In this document: piece by piece, positions 19,147 to 29,426 of the stretch
Numbering within the stretch: the stretch's first letter is position 1
How the letters are laid out: each line of letters begins with the position of its first letter
Assembly (NCBI GenBank): GCA_041657445.1
Contig: JBBABV010000001.1
Span: forward strand, 36,783-100,782
Length of the DNA: 64,000 nt
Source of the DNA: Minisyncoccota bacterium
GTDB lineage: Bacteria > Patescibacteriota > Minisyncoccia > Phycocordibacterales > UBA9973
Direction: 5' to 3'
The notes under the pieces: model-generated
What the model saw: only the letters and a program-made list of their open reading frames with translations
Told to the model about the DNA's origin: nothing
Database searches by the model: none
Position numbers and translations under genes: made by a program

Positions 19147-20391
19147 TTATTTTTTTTCAATATTTATTTCCCCCCAATGATTTAGAATATAAGCAGCTTT
19201 TTCTATTTGTGGGTCTCTTTTAATTAAAATATCTTGCTCTGTTCTTTTTACTTCATAATCAGGTGTAAGTCCAATATTTGAAATTGAATTTCTGTTTGGG
19301 GTAAGCCATTTTGCAACAGTAATCTTTAAAAGTGTATCAGGAGTTATTTTAACAACCTCCTGAACAGAACCCTTTCCAAAACTTTTTTCTCCGACAAGTA
19401 TTGCTTTTCCGTAATCCTGCATAGCTCCAGCTAAAATTTCAGAGGCTGATGCTGATCCATTATCAATTAGTATAACAAATTTCAATCTTTCACTAAAAGC
19501 ATTATATCCATAACTTCTATATACCTTCTCTTTATCCTCTACACCATAATCCTCAATTACAACAGTTTTTCCACTAGGTAAAAAACAACTAGCCATATCT
19601 ATAGCTGCATCCATATATCCTCCTGGATTTCCTCTGAGGTCAAGGATAAGTTTGTCAGTTTTTGATTCAGAGAATTCTTGTAATGCTTCACGAAAAAGTT
19701 TAGTAGAATTTGCAGAAAAACTATGGAGAGTTACAACAAAAATCCTATCACTTTTTCTTAATTGAGTTTCAATAATTGGAACATTGATAACATCTCTAAT
19801 GATCGTTATCTCTTTAACCTCTTCAAAACCTTCTCTCATAATAGATAATTTTACCTTCGTTCCCTTCTCTCCCCTTATCAACTTTACTGCCTCATCTACA
19901 CTCATACCCACTGTACTAATTTCATCAATTTTGATAATTTTATCACCAGATTCTATACCTGCATTGAAAGCAGGAGTATTTTTCATGGGAGCAATTACAG
20001 TGAGAATTTTGTCTTTAATTCCAACCTCCATACCTACTCCAATAAAATTTCCTGATATATCCTCCTCAAAAATCTTTGTTTCATTTGGATCAAAAAAAGT
20101 AGTATATGGATCTTCCAAGGAATTTACCAAACCAGAAATTGCTGAGTAAACTTTTTTTTGTGTATTTGTGTTTTTTGAATCAGGATGTTTTTCATTAAGA
20201 GTATTCCAAACCTTCCAAAAAGAAGAGAAATCTATTTTCTCAGAAATAGTAGGTTCTTTACCTGTTACATCTGTTACCTTTTCTACCTCTGTTTGCTTTG
20301 CTAGTCCTACATATACGCCGAAATAAAAAAGTCCTGTGGCAATTACAATTACAAGAACTATATGCTTAATTTTAAAAATATCTTTCTTCAT
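19147..20391 (-). CDS. ctpA: Carboxy-terminal processing protease (S41) with PDZ domain
   Basis: DPYT, GVGMEV, LDLRGNPGG, SASASEI, FGKGSVQ. Confidence 0.93.
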   Translation of the reverse strand: MKKDIFKIKHIVLVIVIATGLFYFGVYVGLAKQTEVEKVTDVTGKEPTISEKIDFSSFWKVWNTLNEKHPDSKNTNTQKKVYSAISGLVNSLEDPYTTFFDPNETKIFEEDISGNFIGVGMEVGIKDKILTVIAPMKNTPAFNAGIESGDKIIKIDEISTVGMSVDEAVKLIRGEKGTKVKLSIMREGFEEVKEITIIRDVINVPIIETQLRKSDRIFVVTLHSFSANSTKLFREALQEFSESKTDKLILDLRGNPGGYMDAAIDMASCFLPSGKTVVIEDYGVEDKEKVYRSYGYNAFSERLKFVILIDNGSASASEILAGAMQDYGKAILVGEKSFGKGSVQEVVKITPDTLLKITVAKWLTPNRNSISNIGLTPDYEVKRTEQDILIKRDPQIEKAAYILNHWGEINIEKK

Positions 20392-20400
20392 TATTTATAT

Positions 20401-20619
20401 TTATTTTGATTCAAAGTCATCATTTTCAGAAAAATTATCAATTTGCTCATTTTCCTTTTCTGTTTCATTCTTAAGAGTTTTTGATAACTGACAAGAAATA
20501 ACAATGATAGTTACTCCAAATACCAAAAAAAGTATATTTTTTACAAAATATGGAAACCAAAGATAAGGCAAAATTATTGTCAATATACCTATCAATATAC
20601 TCAATTTAATTTTACTCAT
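20401..20619 (-). CDS. Small two-TM hypothetical protein
   Basis: Two hydrophobic helices, acidic tail; TATAAT 6 nt before the ATG at 20619. Confidence 0.7.
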   Translation of the reverse strand: MSKIKLSILIGILTIILPYLWFPYFVKNILFLVFGVTIIVISCQLSKTLKNETEKENEQIDNFSENDDFESK

Positions 20620-20659
20620 TTTCATATTATAACCTTAAAAAACAAAAAGGCAAACAAAA

Positions 20660-22351
20660 CTATTGAATATATTCTTTAGCATTTAAACTAATCCAATCAA
20701 AGAAGTTTTTTGCAACTGATACAGCTCCTACGGTTCCACCTGAAGGACCTTCTTCCATCATAATAGTAAAAGCATATTTTGGATTTTGGTAAGGGAAAAA
20801 ACCAGTAATCCAAGAGTTTACTTTACTTTTTGACAATCCAACCTGTGCAGTTCCTGTTTTAGAAGCAATTTCTATATATGGGACATTTAATACTGCTGAT
20901 GTTCCATACAAAACACCATCCCTCATTCCTTCATGAATTATTTTATAGTAATTTTCATCAATATCTTTATCAATTCTTTTAAAATCATTCTTCACTTCCA
21001 TTAATAAATGCGGTGAAGGAAGGAATCCTTTGGTTGCAATAGCAGAAATTGCTCTTGTTATTTCAAGAGGTGTTAATTGAAAACCATATTGTCCAATTAC
21101 AGTATTATATGTATCCCCCACCCTCCATGGTTCCCCTTTGAAATTTAATGCCTTCCATTCAGGACTAGGTATTACACCCTTTTTTTCATCTGGTAAATCT
21201 ACACCAGTTAATTCTCCTATTCCAAAGGCTTCTGCATATTCCTTTATTTTCAATATTCCTATTCCTTTTTGGTCTTCAAAGCCACCTCCTACTTCATAGA
21301 AATATATGTCACTTGAAACTGCTAAAGCACCTCTCATATCTACCCATCCATGTGCCTTCCAATCCTTAAAAATTGAAGGAAGGTCTGGAAAATATGGATT
21401 TGGTATTATCAATGTTCCACTTGAAAGAATTTTCTTTTCTGGGCTGATTACACCTTCTGAAAGTGCCGCTAGCGCAAAAAATGGTTTTACGATTGATCCA
21501 GGTGTATATAACCCAGATATAGTTCTGTCAAGAAAAACTTTTCTGTTATCTTTCAAATAATTTTCAATAGTATTTTTATCTTTCCCTTGAGAAATAACTT
21601 CAGAACTAAATTCAGGAAAACTCGTTTGAGCGATAATTTCCCCATTGGTAATATCCATCAATACACCAGCCCCTCCTTTAAAAGAATACATATCAGATGT
21701 GTTTTTTATTACGGAAAAGAGTTCTTTCTGAAGCCTAGCATCAATAGTAGTAATTAAGTCTTTACCTTGAATGGGATTATTTACTATGTTTTCGGTATGT
21801 ATTTGCCCCCTTACATCTCTTTCAATAATTTTTTCTCCATTTTGACCATTTAATTGATCATTATATTGTTTTTCTAATCCATCTTTCCCAATAAATTGAG
21901 TCTGCCAGTATTTCCCTTTTTCATCTTTAGCTGGATTGCTTACATATCCAAGCAGGTGTGAAAATCCAGGTGAGATATAGGAACGAAATGCATAATCATT
22001 ATTTGTATCCTTATTATTCCAAGCAAGAGGAACATTATTTCTATCAAAAATAATTCCTCTGTCACTAAAAATGATTTGTTTTTCAAGTGTATTATTATTA
22101 CTTCTATTTGTATATGCCTCCCCTTTTTGTATTTGTAAATACCCAAGTCTTACAAAAAAAATAACTATGATAATAGTGAAAAATGCACCAAGTGAAAAGA
22201 TAGTCTTTTTTGAAATTGCTTTTTCAATCCGCCCTTCAAACTGCTGTCTATTAAAATTTTCTTGATTATTTGAATCAAGAAAAATTTTATCTGGCTCAAC
22301 TAAATGATTAGTTTTATTTATTTTGTATTTTTTTTTAAATCTTATTATCAT
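20660..22351 (-). CDS. mrdA: Class B penicillin-binding protein 2
   Basis: TM, RGIIFDRN, GKDGLE, PGSIVK (SxxK), SSD, KTG. Confidence 0.9.
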   Translation of the reverse strand: MIIRFKKKYKINKTNHLVEPDKIFLDSNNQENFNRQQFEGRIEKAISKKTIFSLGAFFTIIIVIFFVRLGYLQIQKGEAYTNRSNNNTLEKQIIFSDRGIIFDRNNVPLAWNNKDTNNDYAFRSYISPGFSHLLGYVSNPAKDEKGKYWQTQFIGKDGLEKQYNDQLNGQNGEKIIERDVRGQIHTENIVNNPIQGKDLITTIDARLQKELFSVIKNTSDMYSFKGGAGVLMDITNGEIIAQTSFPEFSSEVISQGKDKNTIENYLKDNRKVFLDRTISGLYTPGSIVKPFFALAALSEGVISPEKKILSSGTLIIPNPYFPDLPSIFKDWKAHGWVDMRGALAVSSDIYFYEVGGGFEDQKGIGILKIKEYAEAFGIGELTGVDLPDEKKGVIPSPEWKALNFKGEPWRVGDTYNTVIGQYGFQLTPLEITRAISAIATKGFLPSPHLLMEVKNDFKRIDKDIDENYYKIIHEGMRDGVLYGTSAVLNVPYIEIASKTGTAQVGLSKSKVNSWITGFFPYQNPKYAFTIMMEEGPSGGTVGAVSVAKNFFDWISLNAKEYIQ

Positions 22352-22611
22352 AATAATATTCTTATTTTCGTTTTTACTATTTCTGTTAAAATCAAAAAGA
22401 CTAGAGATAATACAGATGATATAAACACAATACTAAATAATCCTTCTCTTGCTGTTCCAAAAATCATATCTGATAAGAAAAACAAAATAATTGCCTCAAA
22501 ATAAAATTTAAAATAAATTATTCCTAATATACCAATTATAACTGAAACATAAAAAGGGGAAAAAAGTATAGAAATCAATAACAAAACCGAAAAAAGTATT
22601 CGTATTAACAT
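22348..22611 (-). CDS. Small multi-TM protein, possibly a reduced MreD
   Basis: Almost entirely hydrophobic; stop overlaps the PBP2 start. Confidence 0.55.
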   Translation of the reverse strand: MLIRILFSVLLLISILFSPFYVSVIIGILGIIYFKFYFEAIILFFLSDMIFGTAREGLFSIVFISSVLSLVFLILTEIVKTKIRILL

Positions 22612-22646
22612 ATAGTATATATTACACTTTTTTAGTGTAAAAACAA

Positions 22647-23477
22647 TTATGAAATAAGAAATTTTTTAAGTAAAAATCTTGATATAAGAATTATAAGAAC
22701 AATTGGTATACCGTAAAATATTGTTTTGTTGTCAAACATAAATTCTGCAGTGGATGCAAGTAAAAACTTTGCTTGATTAATTTTTTGGGGAGGTAATTCA
22801 TCTTGATTTTCTTCTTTGTTCTCAATACTGTTTTTCGCTTCTTCCTTGATATTCTTTGACCAATTAATAGTATCTTGACGAAAATCTTCTATCGTTTTCA
22901 CTATATTATTCACCCTACCGGAGACACTATTTGTTGCAATGGTTGAAATACTATCAGAAAATTTATTCACAATATTTTTTGAAACATTTGAAATAATTTT
23001 TTTTCCGTCGCTAATTATATTAGTATTTTCATTACTATCCTTACTGAGAATAATTTTTTTAGGAACAAAACTTTCATTTTTTTCAGTTTCATTTCTGCCA
23101 AGAATTACTTCAGTATATCCTCCTTCGTTTGTGTAAAATTGAGCTTTTTCAATCCTAGCATATATGGAGTGATTACCGGCTGTTACAGTCCAGTCAATAG
23201 AAATATCAATAATTTTTCTACTCGTAACCGAAAAACTTTTTTTTCCAAGTAATATACTTCCATCATAAAAACTAACATTTCCTGACAATTCTCTCTCGTC
23301 AGGATTAAAGATAACTGTATATATTTTTATCTTATCTCCCTCTTCAAAATTATCTGTTGAATACCATATATTACTTTTTATAAAACCAGCATTTGAGTTT
23401 TGTGCAAATGATATATCCGAACACAAGAAAGCAAAAAAAACAAAAATGATTATAAAACTAAATTCCTTCATAGACAA
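22647..23477 (-). CDS. Surface protein with Ig-like (CARDB-like) domain and C-terminal TM
   Basis: Signal peptide; EGDKIKIY..IFN...V.FYDG..LLG...W.V.AG.H.I pattern; C-terminal TM. Confidence 0.65.
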   Translation of the reverse strand: MSMKEFSFIIIFVFFAFLCSDISFAQNSNAGFIKSNIWYSTDNFEEGDKIKIYTVIFNPDERELSGNVSFYDGSILLGKKSFSVTSRKIIDISIDWTVTAGNHSIYARIEKAQFYTNEGGYTEVILGRNETEKNESFVPKKIILSKDSNENTNIISDGKKIISNVSKNIVNKFSDSISTIATNSVSGRVNNIVKTIEDFRQDTINWSKNIKEEAKNSIENKEENQDELPPQKINQAKFLLASTAEFMFDNKTIFYGIPIVLIILISRFLLKKFLIS

Positions 23478-24846
23478 TTCTTTCTGAAAGACCTTTATAT
23501 GAGTGTGGTGTTATTTTTTTAAGTTCAGCTTTTAGATCAGAGCGAATTTCTAGTTTATCAATAAAAACATCAAAATCATTTTGAGTGATTCTTTTTCCTT
23601 GAGTAAGTTCTCTCAAAAGCTCATATGGTATTTTGTATCCTTCCTTTCTTAAGATAGTTTGTATTGCTTCAGCAATTACCTCTGGATGATTTAAGAGAGT
23701 TTCTTTTATTTTTTGTTTATTTACCTCAATTCTTGAAAGTCCATCAAGTAGATATTCATATCCTATATATGAATGAGCAAATGCTACTCCGACATTTCTT
23801 AAAACAGTTGAATCAGATAAATCCCTCTGTAATCTAGAAATAGGTAATTTACGAGCAAAAAATTCAAAAAAGGAGTTTGCTATTCCTAAATTTCCTTCAC
23901 TATTTTCAAATTTAATTGGATTAATCTTGTGAGGCATAGTAGAAGAACCAACACTCCCCTTTTTAACTTGTTGCCCTATCCACTCATCACTTATATATCT
24001 CCAAATATCTTGGTCAAAATCAATTAGAATTGAATTCAATCTCTTTAGCGAATCAAAGATTTCAATATAACTATCATGATTCTCAATCTGAGTTGTAATA
24101 CAGTTTGGTTTTAATAATACCTTATTTCTTTTGTTGAATGAGTTAATAAAGTTCTTACTAAAAGTAATCCAATTAATTTGTGGAAAAGATATAAAATGTG
24201 CATTCCAGTTTCCAGTGGCCCCATTTAATTTTGCATAGATTTGCACTGATGATAAAATCTGAAGTTGTTTTTTCAACCTGTTTGCAAATACTTTCATTTC
24301 CTTTCCAAAAGTCGTTGGACTAGCAGGTTGACCATGAGTTCTTGCAAGCATAGAAAGATTTTTATACTTCTTTGCAAGATATTCAAATTTTTTAATAATT
24401 TCATTAATTTTAGGAATGATTACATCTTCTAAAGAATCTCTTTGCATAAGAGAATAAGCGATATTATTTGTATCCTCTGAGGTAAGTGCAAAATGAATCC
24501 ATTCAATTAATTTACTTAAGGATGAGGATTTAATCTTTTCTTTTATAAAGTATTCAATTGCCTTAACATCATGATCTGTTGCTTTTATTTTTCCGTATCC
24601 TTTTAATTCAATATCTGAGATTATTTTAAGATCCTTTTCAGAAAGATTGTAGATTGATTCAAGGAATTCAATTTCTTTTTTTGAAAATTTTTTTATACCT
24701 ATATTTAGTTTAGAAAGTGCAATAAGATATTGTATTTCAACTTTTATTCTATATTGTGCTAATGCACCTTCAGAAAAGTATTTAAGAAGTGGAATTGTTC
24801 TTTTTGCATATCTTCCATCAAGTGGACTAATTACATTTTTATTCAT
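23458..24846 (-). CDS. purB: Adenylosuccinate lyase
   Basis: ISPLDGRY, TSED, ARTHGQ, GSSTMPHKINP, SRLQRDL. Confidence 0.97.
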   Translation of the reverse strand: MNKNVISPLDGRYAKRTIPLLKYFSEGALAQYRIKVEIQYLIALSKLNIGIKKFSKKEIEFLESIYNLSEKDLKIISDIELKGYGKIKATDHDVKAIEYFIKEKIKSSSLSKLIEWIHFALTSEDTNNIAYSLMQRDSLEDVIIPKINEIIKKFEYLAKKYKNLSMLARTHGQPASPTTFGKEMKVFANRLKKQLQILSSVQIYAKLNGATGNWNAHFISFPQINWITFSKNFINSFNKRNKVLLKPNCITTQIENHDSYIEIFDSLKRLNSILIDFDQDIWRYISDEWIGQQVKKGSVGSSTMPHKINPIKFENSEGNLGIANSFFEFFARKLPISRLQRDLSDSTVLRNVGVAFAHSYIGYEYLLDGLSRIEVNKQKIKETLLNHPEVIAEAIQTILRKEGYKIPYELLRELTQGKRITQNDFDVFIDKLEIRSDLKAELKKITPHSYKGLSERIVYEGI

Positions 24847-24847
24847 A

Positions 24848-25810
24848 TTAAATTATTCCTTTAATGTTATTTCTAATTCTTTCAATCGCAGGAAGACTAA
24901 AATCATGATCGAAAATACTTCCAGTAATCATCTCATATATTTCAATATATCTTCTAGAAAGTTCTACTACAAGTTCATCTGGTGCCTTTGGTAGAGTTTC
25001 ATCATGATATGGATCACAATTTTCTTTAAACCATAGTCTTAAAAATTCTTTATCAAAGTACTCTGGTTCCTTTTCTTCAGTAAATAGTTTCTCGTAAGAG
25101 TCTGCTTTCCAATACCGAGAGGAATCAGGTGTATGTATTTCATCAATTAATGTTAAATTATTATTTTCATCAAATCCAAATTCATACTTTGTATCAACTA
25201 AAATAAGTCCATGTGAAAGAGCAATTTCTTGTCCTCTTACAAAAAGCTCCTTAGAAATTTTTTCAATTAAATCAGTAGTCTCTCTTGAGAGTATTCCTTC
25301 TGATACAATTTCCTTTGGTGTAATAGGCCTATCATGTTCATCTGATTTAGTAGTAGGAGTAAAAAGTGGTTCTGGTAACTTTTGATTTTTTCTTAATCCC
25401 TCAGGGAGAACAAAATTACCAAAATTTCTTTTTCCATTCTTATAATGAGTCCAAAGAGAAGTATCTGTAACTCCAGTAATATATCCTCTTACAACACACT
25501 CAATTGGTATTGGAGAGCATTTCTTTGCAATAAGAACATTTGGATCTGGTATACTTATCAGATGATTTTTAATAATATCACTTGTATTCTTAAACCAAAA
25601 AACACTTATCTGGTTTAAAATTTCACCCTTAAAAGGAATATAAGCGATATTCCTATCAAATGAGGAATGTCTATCAGTAGCAATTAAAATTAATTTACCA
25701 TTATTAGAATAAACATCTCTAACCTTTCCTGTCTTTTTTTCACCTAATTCAGAGAAATTAGTTTCTTTAATTACATCATTGATATGTTTTTCTATTAATT
25801 CTTTGTTCAT
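24848..25810 (-). CDS. purC: SAICAR synthetase
   Basis: GKVRDVY, TDR.SSFD, ECVVRGY, DTKYEFG, DEIHTPDSSRYW. Confidence 0.97.
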   Translation of the reverse strand: MNKELIEKHINDVIKETNFSELGEKKTGKVRDVYSNNGKLILIATDRHSSFDRNIAYIPFKGEILNQISVFWFKNTSDIIKNHLISIPDPNVLIAKKCSPIPIECVVRGYITGVTDTSLWTHYKNGKRNFGNFVLPEGLRKNQKLPEPLFTPTTKSDEHDRPITPKEIVSEGILSRETTDLIEKISKELFVRGQEIALSHGLILVDTKYEFGFDENNNLTLIDEIHTPDSSRYWKADSYEKLFTEEKEPEYFDKEFLRLWFKENCDPYHDETLPKAPDELVVELSRRYIEIYEMITGSIFDHDFSLPAIERIRNNIKGII

Positions 25811-25815
25811 AGTTT

Positions 25816-26856
25816 CTACTTAAGTAAAGTTTTTCTATTACCTTTTATTATTTTACCTATCCAAAAAACTTCTTTAGTATTAAGAATTTCTTCAATCCTA
25901 TCTTTATCATTCTTATCAACAACAATTATCATTCCTATCCCCATATTAAATGCGCGATACATTTCTTCTTCGTTAATTTTTCCTGAACTTTTTATATATT
26001 CAAAAATTGGTAAAATAGGCCAGGATCCTTTTTGTATTTCTGCATTTAAATTATTTGGTAATATCCTTGGGATATTTTCAATAAAGCCTCCACCAGTAAT
26101 ATGAGCAATACCTTTAATTGCTATTTTTTTTTCAAAAAGTATAAGAATTTGATTAAGAAAACTCTCATGAGGTCTTAATAATTCTTCTCCAATGACCTCA
26201 CCTGTTGGTAATTTTGATTTAACTGTATGCTTTTTGATTTTAAAAAGAACATATCTTGCCAAGGAATATCCATTTGTTTGTAATCCTTTTGAAGCAAACC
26301 CAAGAATAATATCTCCTTCTTTTATCTTATCCCCTGTGATAATTTTATCTTTTTCAACTATACCTGTTATTACTCCAGCAATGTCGTGTTCCCCTCTAGC
26401 ATAAGTCCCGGGCATTTCAGCTGTCTCACCCCCAACAAGAGAAACTCCATTTTCCTTACAAGCCTTTGACATTCCTTTTACTATATCTCTAATCACTGTT
26501 GGTTCTAATACTTCACTGGCAATATAATCTAGAAATGTAAGTGGTCTTGCTCCCATTGAGAGTATATCATTGACACAATGATTGACTATATCTTCTCCGA
26601 TAGTGTCATATTTTTTTAGCATCTTCGCTACAGTGAGTTTTGTTCCTACACCATCAATACTTTGAACTAAAACAGGTTTTTTGTATTTTTTAAATAGATC
26701 AGATATTTCAAATAGCCCTCCAAAACTGCCTATATTTTTTAAAACAGATTTAGAATGAGTATTAGCAACAAATTGTTTTATTTGTGCCACTGCTTCGTTT
26801 CCTTTATCTATATTTACACCTGCTTTTTCGTATTTACTTTTTTTTATTTTTTTCAT
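25816..26856 (-). CDS. purM: AIR synthetase
   Basis: [34 protein letters not shown]; start set at MKKIKKSKY. Confidence 0.97.
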   Translation of the reverse strand: MKKIKKSKYEKAGVNIDKGNEAVAQIKQFVANTHSKSVLKNIGSFGGLFEISDLFKKYKKPVLVQSIDGVGTKLTVAKMLKKYDTIGEDIVNHCVNDILSMGARPLTFLDYIASEVLEPTVIRDIVKGMSKACKENGVSLVGGETAEMPGTYARGEHDIAGVITGIVEKDKIITGDKIKEGDIILGFASKGLQTNGYSLARYVLFKIKKHTVKSKLPTGEVIGEELLRPHESFLNQILILFEKKIAIKGIAHITGGGFIENIPRILPNNLNAEIQKGSWPILPIFEYIKSSGKINEEEMYRAFNMGIGMIIVVDKNDKDRIEEILNTKEVFWIGKIIKGNRKTLLK

Positions 26857-27367
26857 CAAAATACTTTTTATATCCAATTTTTAATAACTTTTCTCCTTTT
26901 AATTTTACCTCACTATCTATCTTCTTTTTATACCTTTCTAATTTTTTTTCAATTGATATATCCTTGAGTGATAAAATCTGCAAGGCAAGCAATGCACCAT
27001 TTTTTGATCCATTTATACCTACCGTAGCAACAGGTACTCCAGGGGGCATTTGAACTGTAGAAAGCAATGAATCCAATCCATCTAGTGTTTTTGCTTTTAT
27101 TGGAATTCCAATTACAGGTAGTGTCGTAAAACTTGCTAATACTCCTGCTAGGTGAGCTGAACCTCCGGCCCCTGCAATGATCACCTTAATTCCTCTCCCT
27201 TTTGCTTCCTTAGCATATTTATGAGCTAGTTCTGGGCTTCTATGAGCAGATATAACTGTAATCTCATATGGCAAATCAAAATCATCAAATACCTTTCCAG
27301 CTTCTGACATAATTTCTAGATCTGAGTCTGAACCCATGATTATTGCTACTTGTGGTGATTTTTTCAT
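26834..27367 (-). CDS. purE: N5-CAIR mutase / AIR carboxylase PurE
   Basis: [30 protein letters not shown]. Confidence 0.97.
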   Translation of the reverse strand: MKKSPQVAIIMGSDSDLEIMSEAGKVFDDFDLPYEITVISAHRSPELAHKYAKEAKGRGIKVIIAGAGGSAHLAGVLASFTTLPVIGIPIKAKTLDGLDSLLSTVQMPPGVPVATVGINGSKNGALLALQILSLKDISIEKKLERYKKKIDSEVKLKGEKLLKIGYKKYFDEKNKKK

Positions 27368-27382
27368 ATTACAATAATATCA

Positions 27383-28678
27383 TTATAAATACTTTTTTCC
27401 AATATCTTTTCTGTATTGCATACCCTCAAACGATATTTTATTTATGGCTTCATATGCAATATCTAGAGCTTCCTTAAGAGTTCTACCTACTGCACTTACT
27501 CCTAACACTCTTCCTCCATTTGTAATAATTTTTTCGTTTTCTTTTTTTGTTCCTGCATGAAATACTTTCACAGAAGTATTATCCTCTGCTTTGACTATTC
27601 CATTAATTTCCTTCCCTTTTTCGTATCCTGCTGGGTATCCTTTTGAGGCTAATACTATAGTGCAGGCAGATTCCTGTCTCCATTTTATTTTTATAGTATT
27701 AAGAGTTTCTCTAATACAACTTTCAACTATATCAAGTAGATCAGTTTCTAGAAGTCGCATGTAACTTTGAGTCTCAGGGTCTCCAAAACGAGCATTAAAC
27801 TCAAGAATTTTCGGACCATTCTTTGTTAAAATTAGTCCTGGGTAAAGAACTCCTTGAAATGGAGAACCTTCCTTTTTCATTCCTTCCAATGTAGGAATGA
27901 TTATACTTTCTTCTATTTTCTTTAAAAGTATTTCATTTGTAAGTGGATGAGGAACAATCGTTCCCATTCCACCAGTATTTGGACCAGAATCCTCTTCTCC
28001 TATTCTTTTATGATCTCCTGATGAGGGAAAAATAGAATAATTTTTTCCATCACTGAAAACATGTATTGATATCTCAGGTCCCTCTAGAAATTCCTCAATT
28101 ACTATCTCCTTTCCTGCTTCTCCAAAAGAGTTTTTTTTCATTATTTCTTCTATTGCGGTAATAGCTTCGTTTTTTGTTTTACATATAAATACACCCTTAC
28201 CAAGTGCAAGCCCACTTACTTTTACAACAACTGGAAGAGAATGATCTGAAACATACCCTATCGCATTATCAAAATCATTAAATACTTCAAAATTAGCAGT
28301 CGGAAGACTGTATTTTTTCATAAAATTTTTAGCAAATGCTTTTGATGATTCAAGTTTAGCAGAATTTTTTGTTGGACCAAAAATCCTGAGGCCATTTTTT
28401 CTAAACTCATCAACAATACCTAATGCTAGTGGATCATCTGGAAGTGCAAGGGTTATATCTATCTTTTTGTTAATTGCAAAATTAAGAAGTGAAGGAATAT
28501 CTGTCGCTTTAATATCAGTATTCTCCCCTATTTCTTCTGTTCCTGCATTTCCAGGTGCAAAGAAAAGTTTTCCAGCTCTTTTTGATTGAGAAATTTTCCA
28601 TCCTACTGCATGTTCTCTTCCTCCACCTCCTATTATTAGAATATCTTTTTTAGAATTGTTATATGTTGAATTATCCAT
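27383..28678 (-). CDS. purD: Phosphoribosylamine--glycine ligase
   Basis: GGGGREHA, APGNAG, EEFLEG.E, GPNTGGMG, EFNARFGDPE. Confidence 0.97.
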   Translation of the reverse strand: MDNSTYNNSKKDILIIGGGGREHAVGWKISQSKRAGKLFFAPGNAGTEEIGENTDIKATDIPSLLNFAINKKIDITLALPDDPLALGIVDEFRKNGLRIFGPTKNSAKLESSKAFAKNFMKKYSLPTANFEVFNDFDNAIGYVSDHSLPVVVKVSGLALGKGVFICKTKNEAITAIEEIMKKNSFGEAGKEIVIEEFLEGPEISIHVFSDGKNYSIFPSSGDHKRIGEEDSGPNTGGMGTIVPHPLTNEILLKKIEESIIIPTLEGMKKEGSPFQGVLYPGLILTKNGPKILEFNARFGDPETQSYMRLLETDLLDIVESCIRETLNTIKIKWRQESACTIVLASKGYPAGYEKGKEINGIVKAEDNTSVKVFHAGTKKENEKIITNGGRVLGVSAVGRTLKEALDIAYEAINKISFEGMQYRKDIGKKYL

Positions 28679-29426
28679 TTGGATATGCTCTTTTAGCTAT
28701 TAATTTACATTTTTCTAGTATTTTTTCTTCCTCCTCATTTTTTACTAATGGATTTTTTCTTTTGTAAATTTTTACTATGCCTTCACTAAAATCCTTTAAG
28801 GCTTCTATTTGTATTTCATGTTCTATTGGAAGCAATTTTTTTTGTAGTGCTCTAGTTGTATCCTTGGGTGTGATTATAAGTTTTTTTCTTTTCACTATTT
28901 CCCCTGTATCAAATTCCTCAGTAACCATATGACAAGTTGCTTCAGTAAAATAATCTCTTTTTACTCTGCGAATAAATTCAAGTCTTGTTTTGTGCACACG
29001 AAGACCAAACATTCCTTTTCCCCCAAAATCAGGCCTTCCTGTATCAAGGGGACCAGGATGTTGATTTACAATATGCCCTTTATATTTTTTTATTACATTT
29101 CTAGGAGTAAGGGTCATAAAACCGTATTGTCCAATAAAATTAACCTTTCTTTTTTTACATTCCTTAAGAATAGCCTTCCCAAAATCTTCTCTACACTTGT
29201 ATTCTTTAGGATTAATGACAACAATGTCACTATTAGAAATTCCAAGCTTCTTCGCTTTTTCAATTCCTCCTGCATCTTTATTACTTGCTATAACTAAAAC
29301 AGGTAAAACCTTCCTTAATTTTCCACTCTTACATGCTTCAATGATTGCACTCATTGTGGTTCCTCCACCTGATATAAAAAGTGCTAATCTAAGAATATGA
29401 ATTTGTTTACTCTTTTGAAATTTCAT
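28671..29426 (-). CDS. purN: Phosphoribosylglycinamide formyltransferase
   Basis: ISGGGT, NQHP, FGGKGM, H.V.EEFD.G. Confidence 0.88.
   Translation of the reverse strand: MKFQKSKQIHILRLALFISGGGTTMSAIIEACKSGKLRKVLPVLVIASNKDAGGIEKAKKLGISNSDIVVINPKEYKCREDFGKAILKECKKRKVNFIGQYGFMTLTPRNVIKKYKGHIVNQHPGPLDTGRPDFGGKGMFGLRVHKTRLEFIRRVKRDYFTEATCHMVTEEFDTGEIVKRKKLIITPKDTTRALQKKLLPIEHEIQIEALKDFSEGIVKIYKRKNPLVKNEEEEKILEKCKLIAKRAYPNG

Noticed and set aside
22622-22640. TTACACT-5nt-AGTGTAA inverted repeat
   Set aside because: Weak AT-rich stem; cannot tell terminator from promoter overlap or chance
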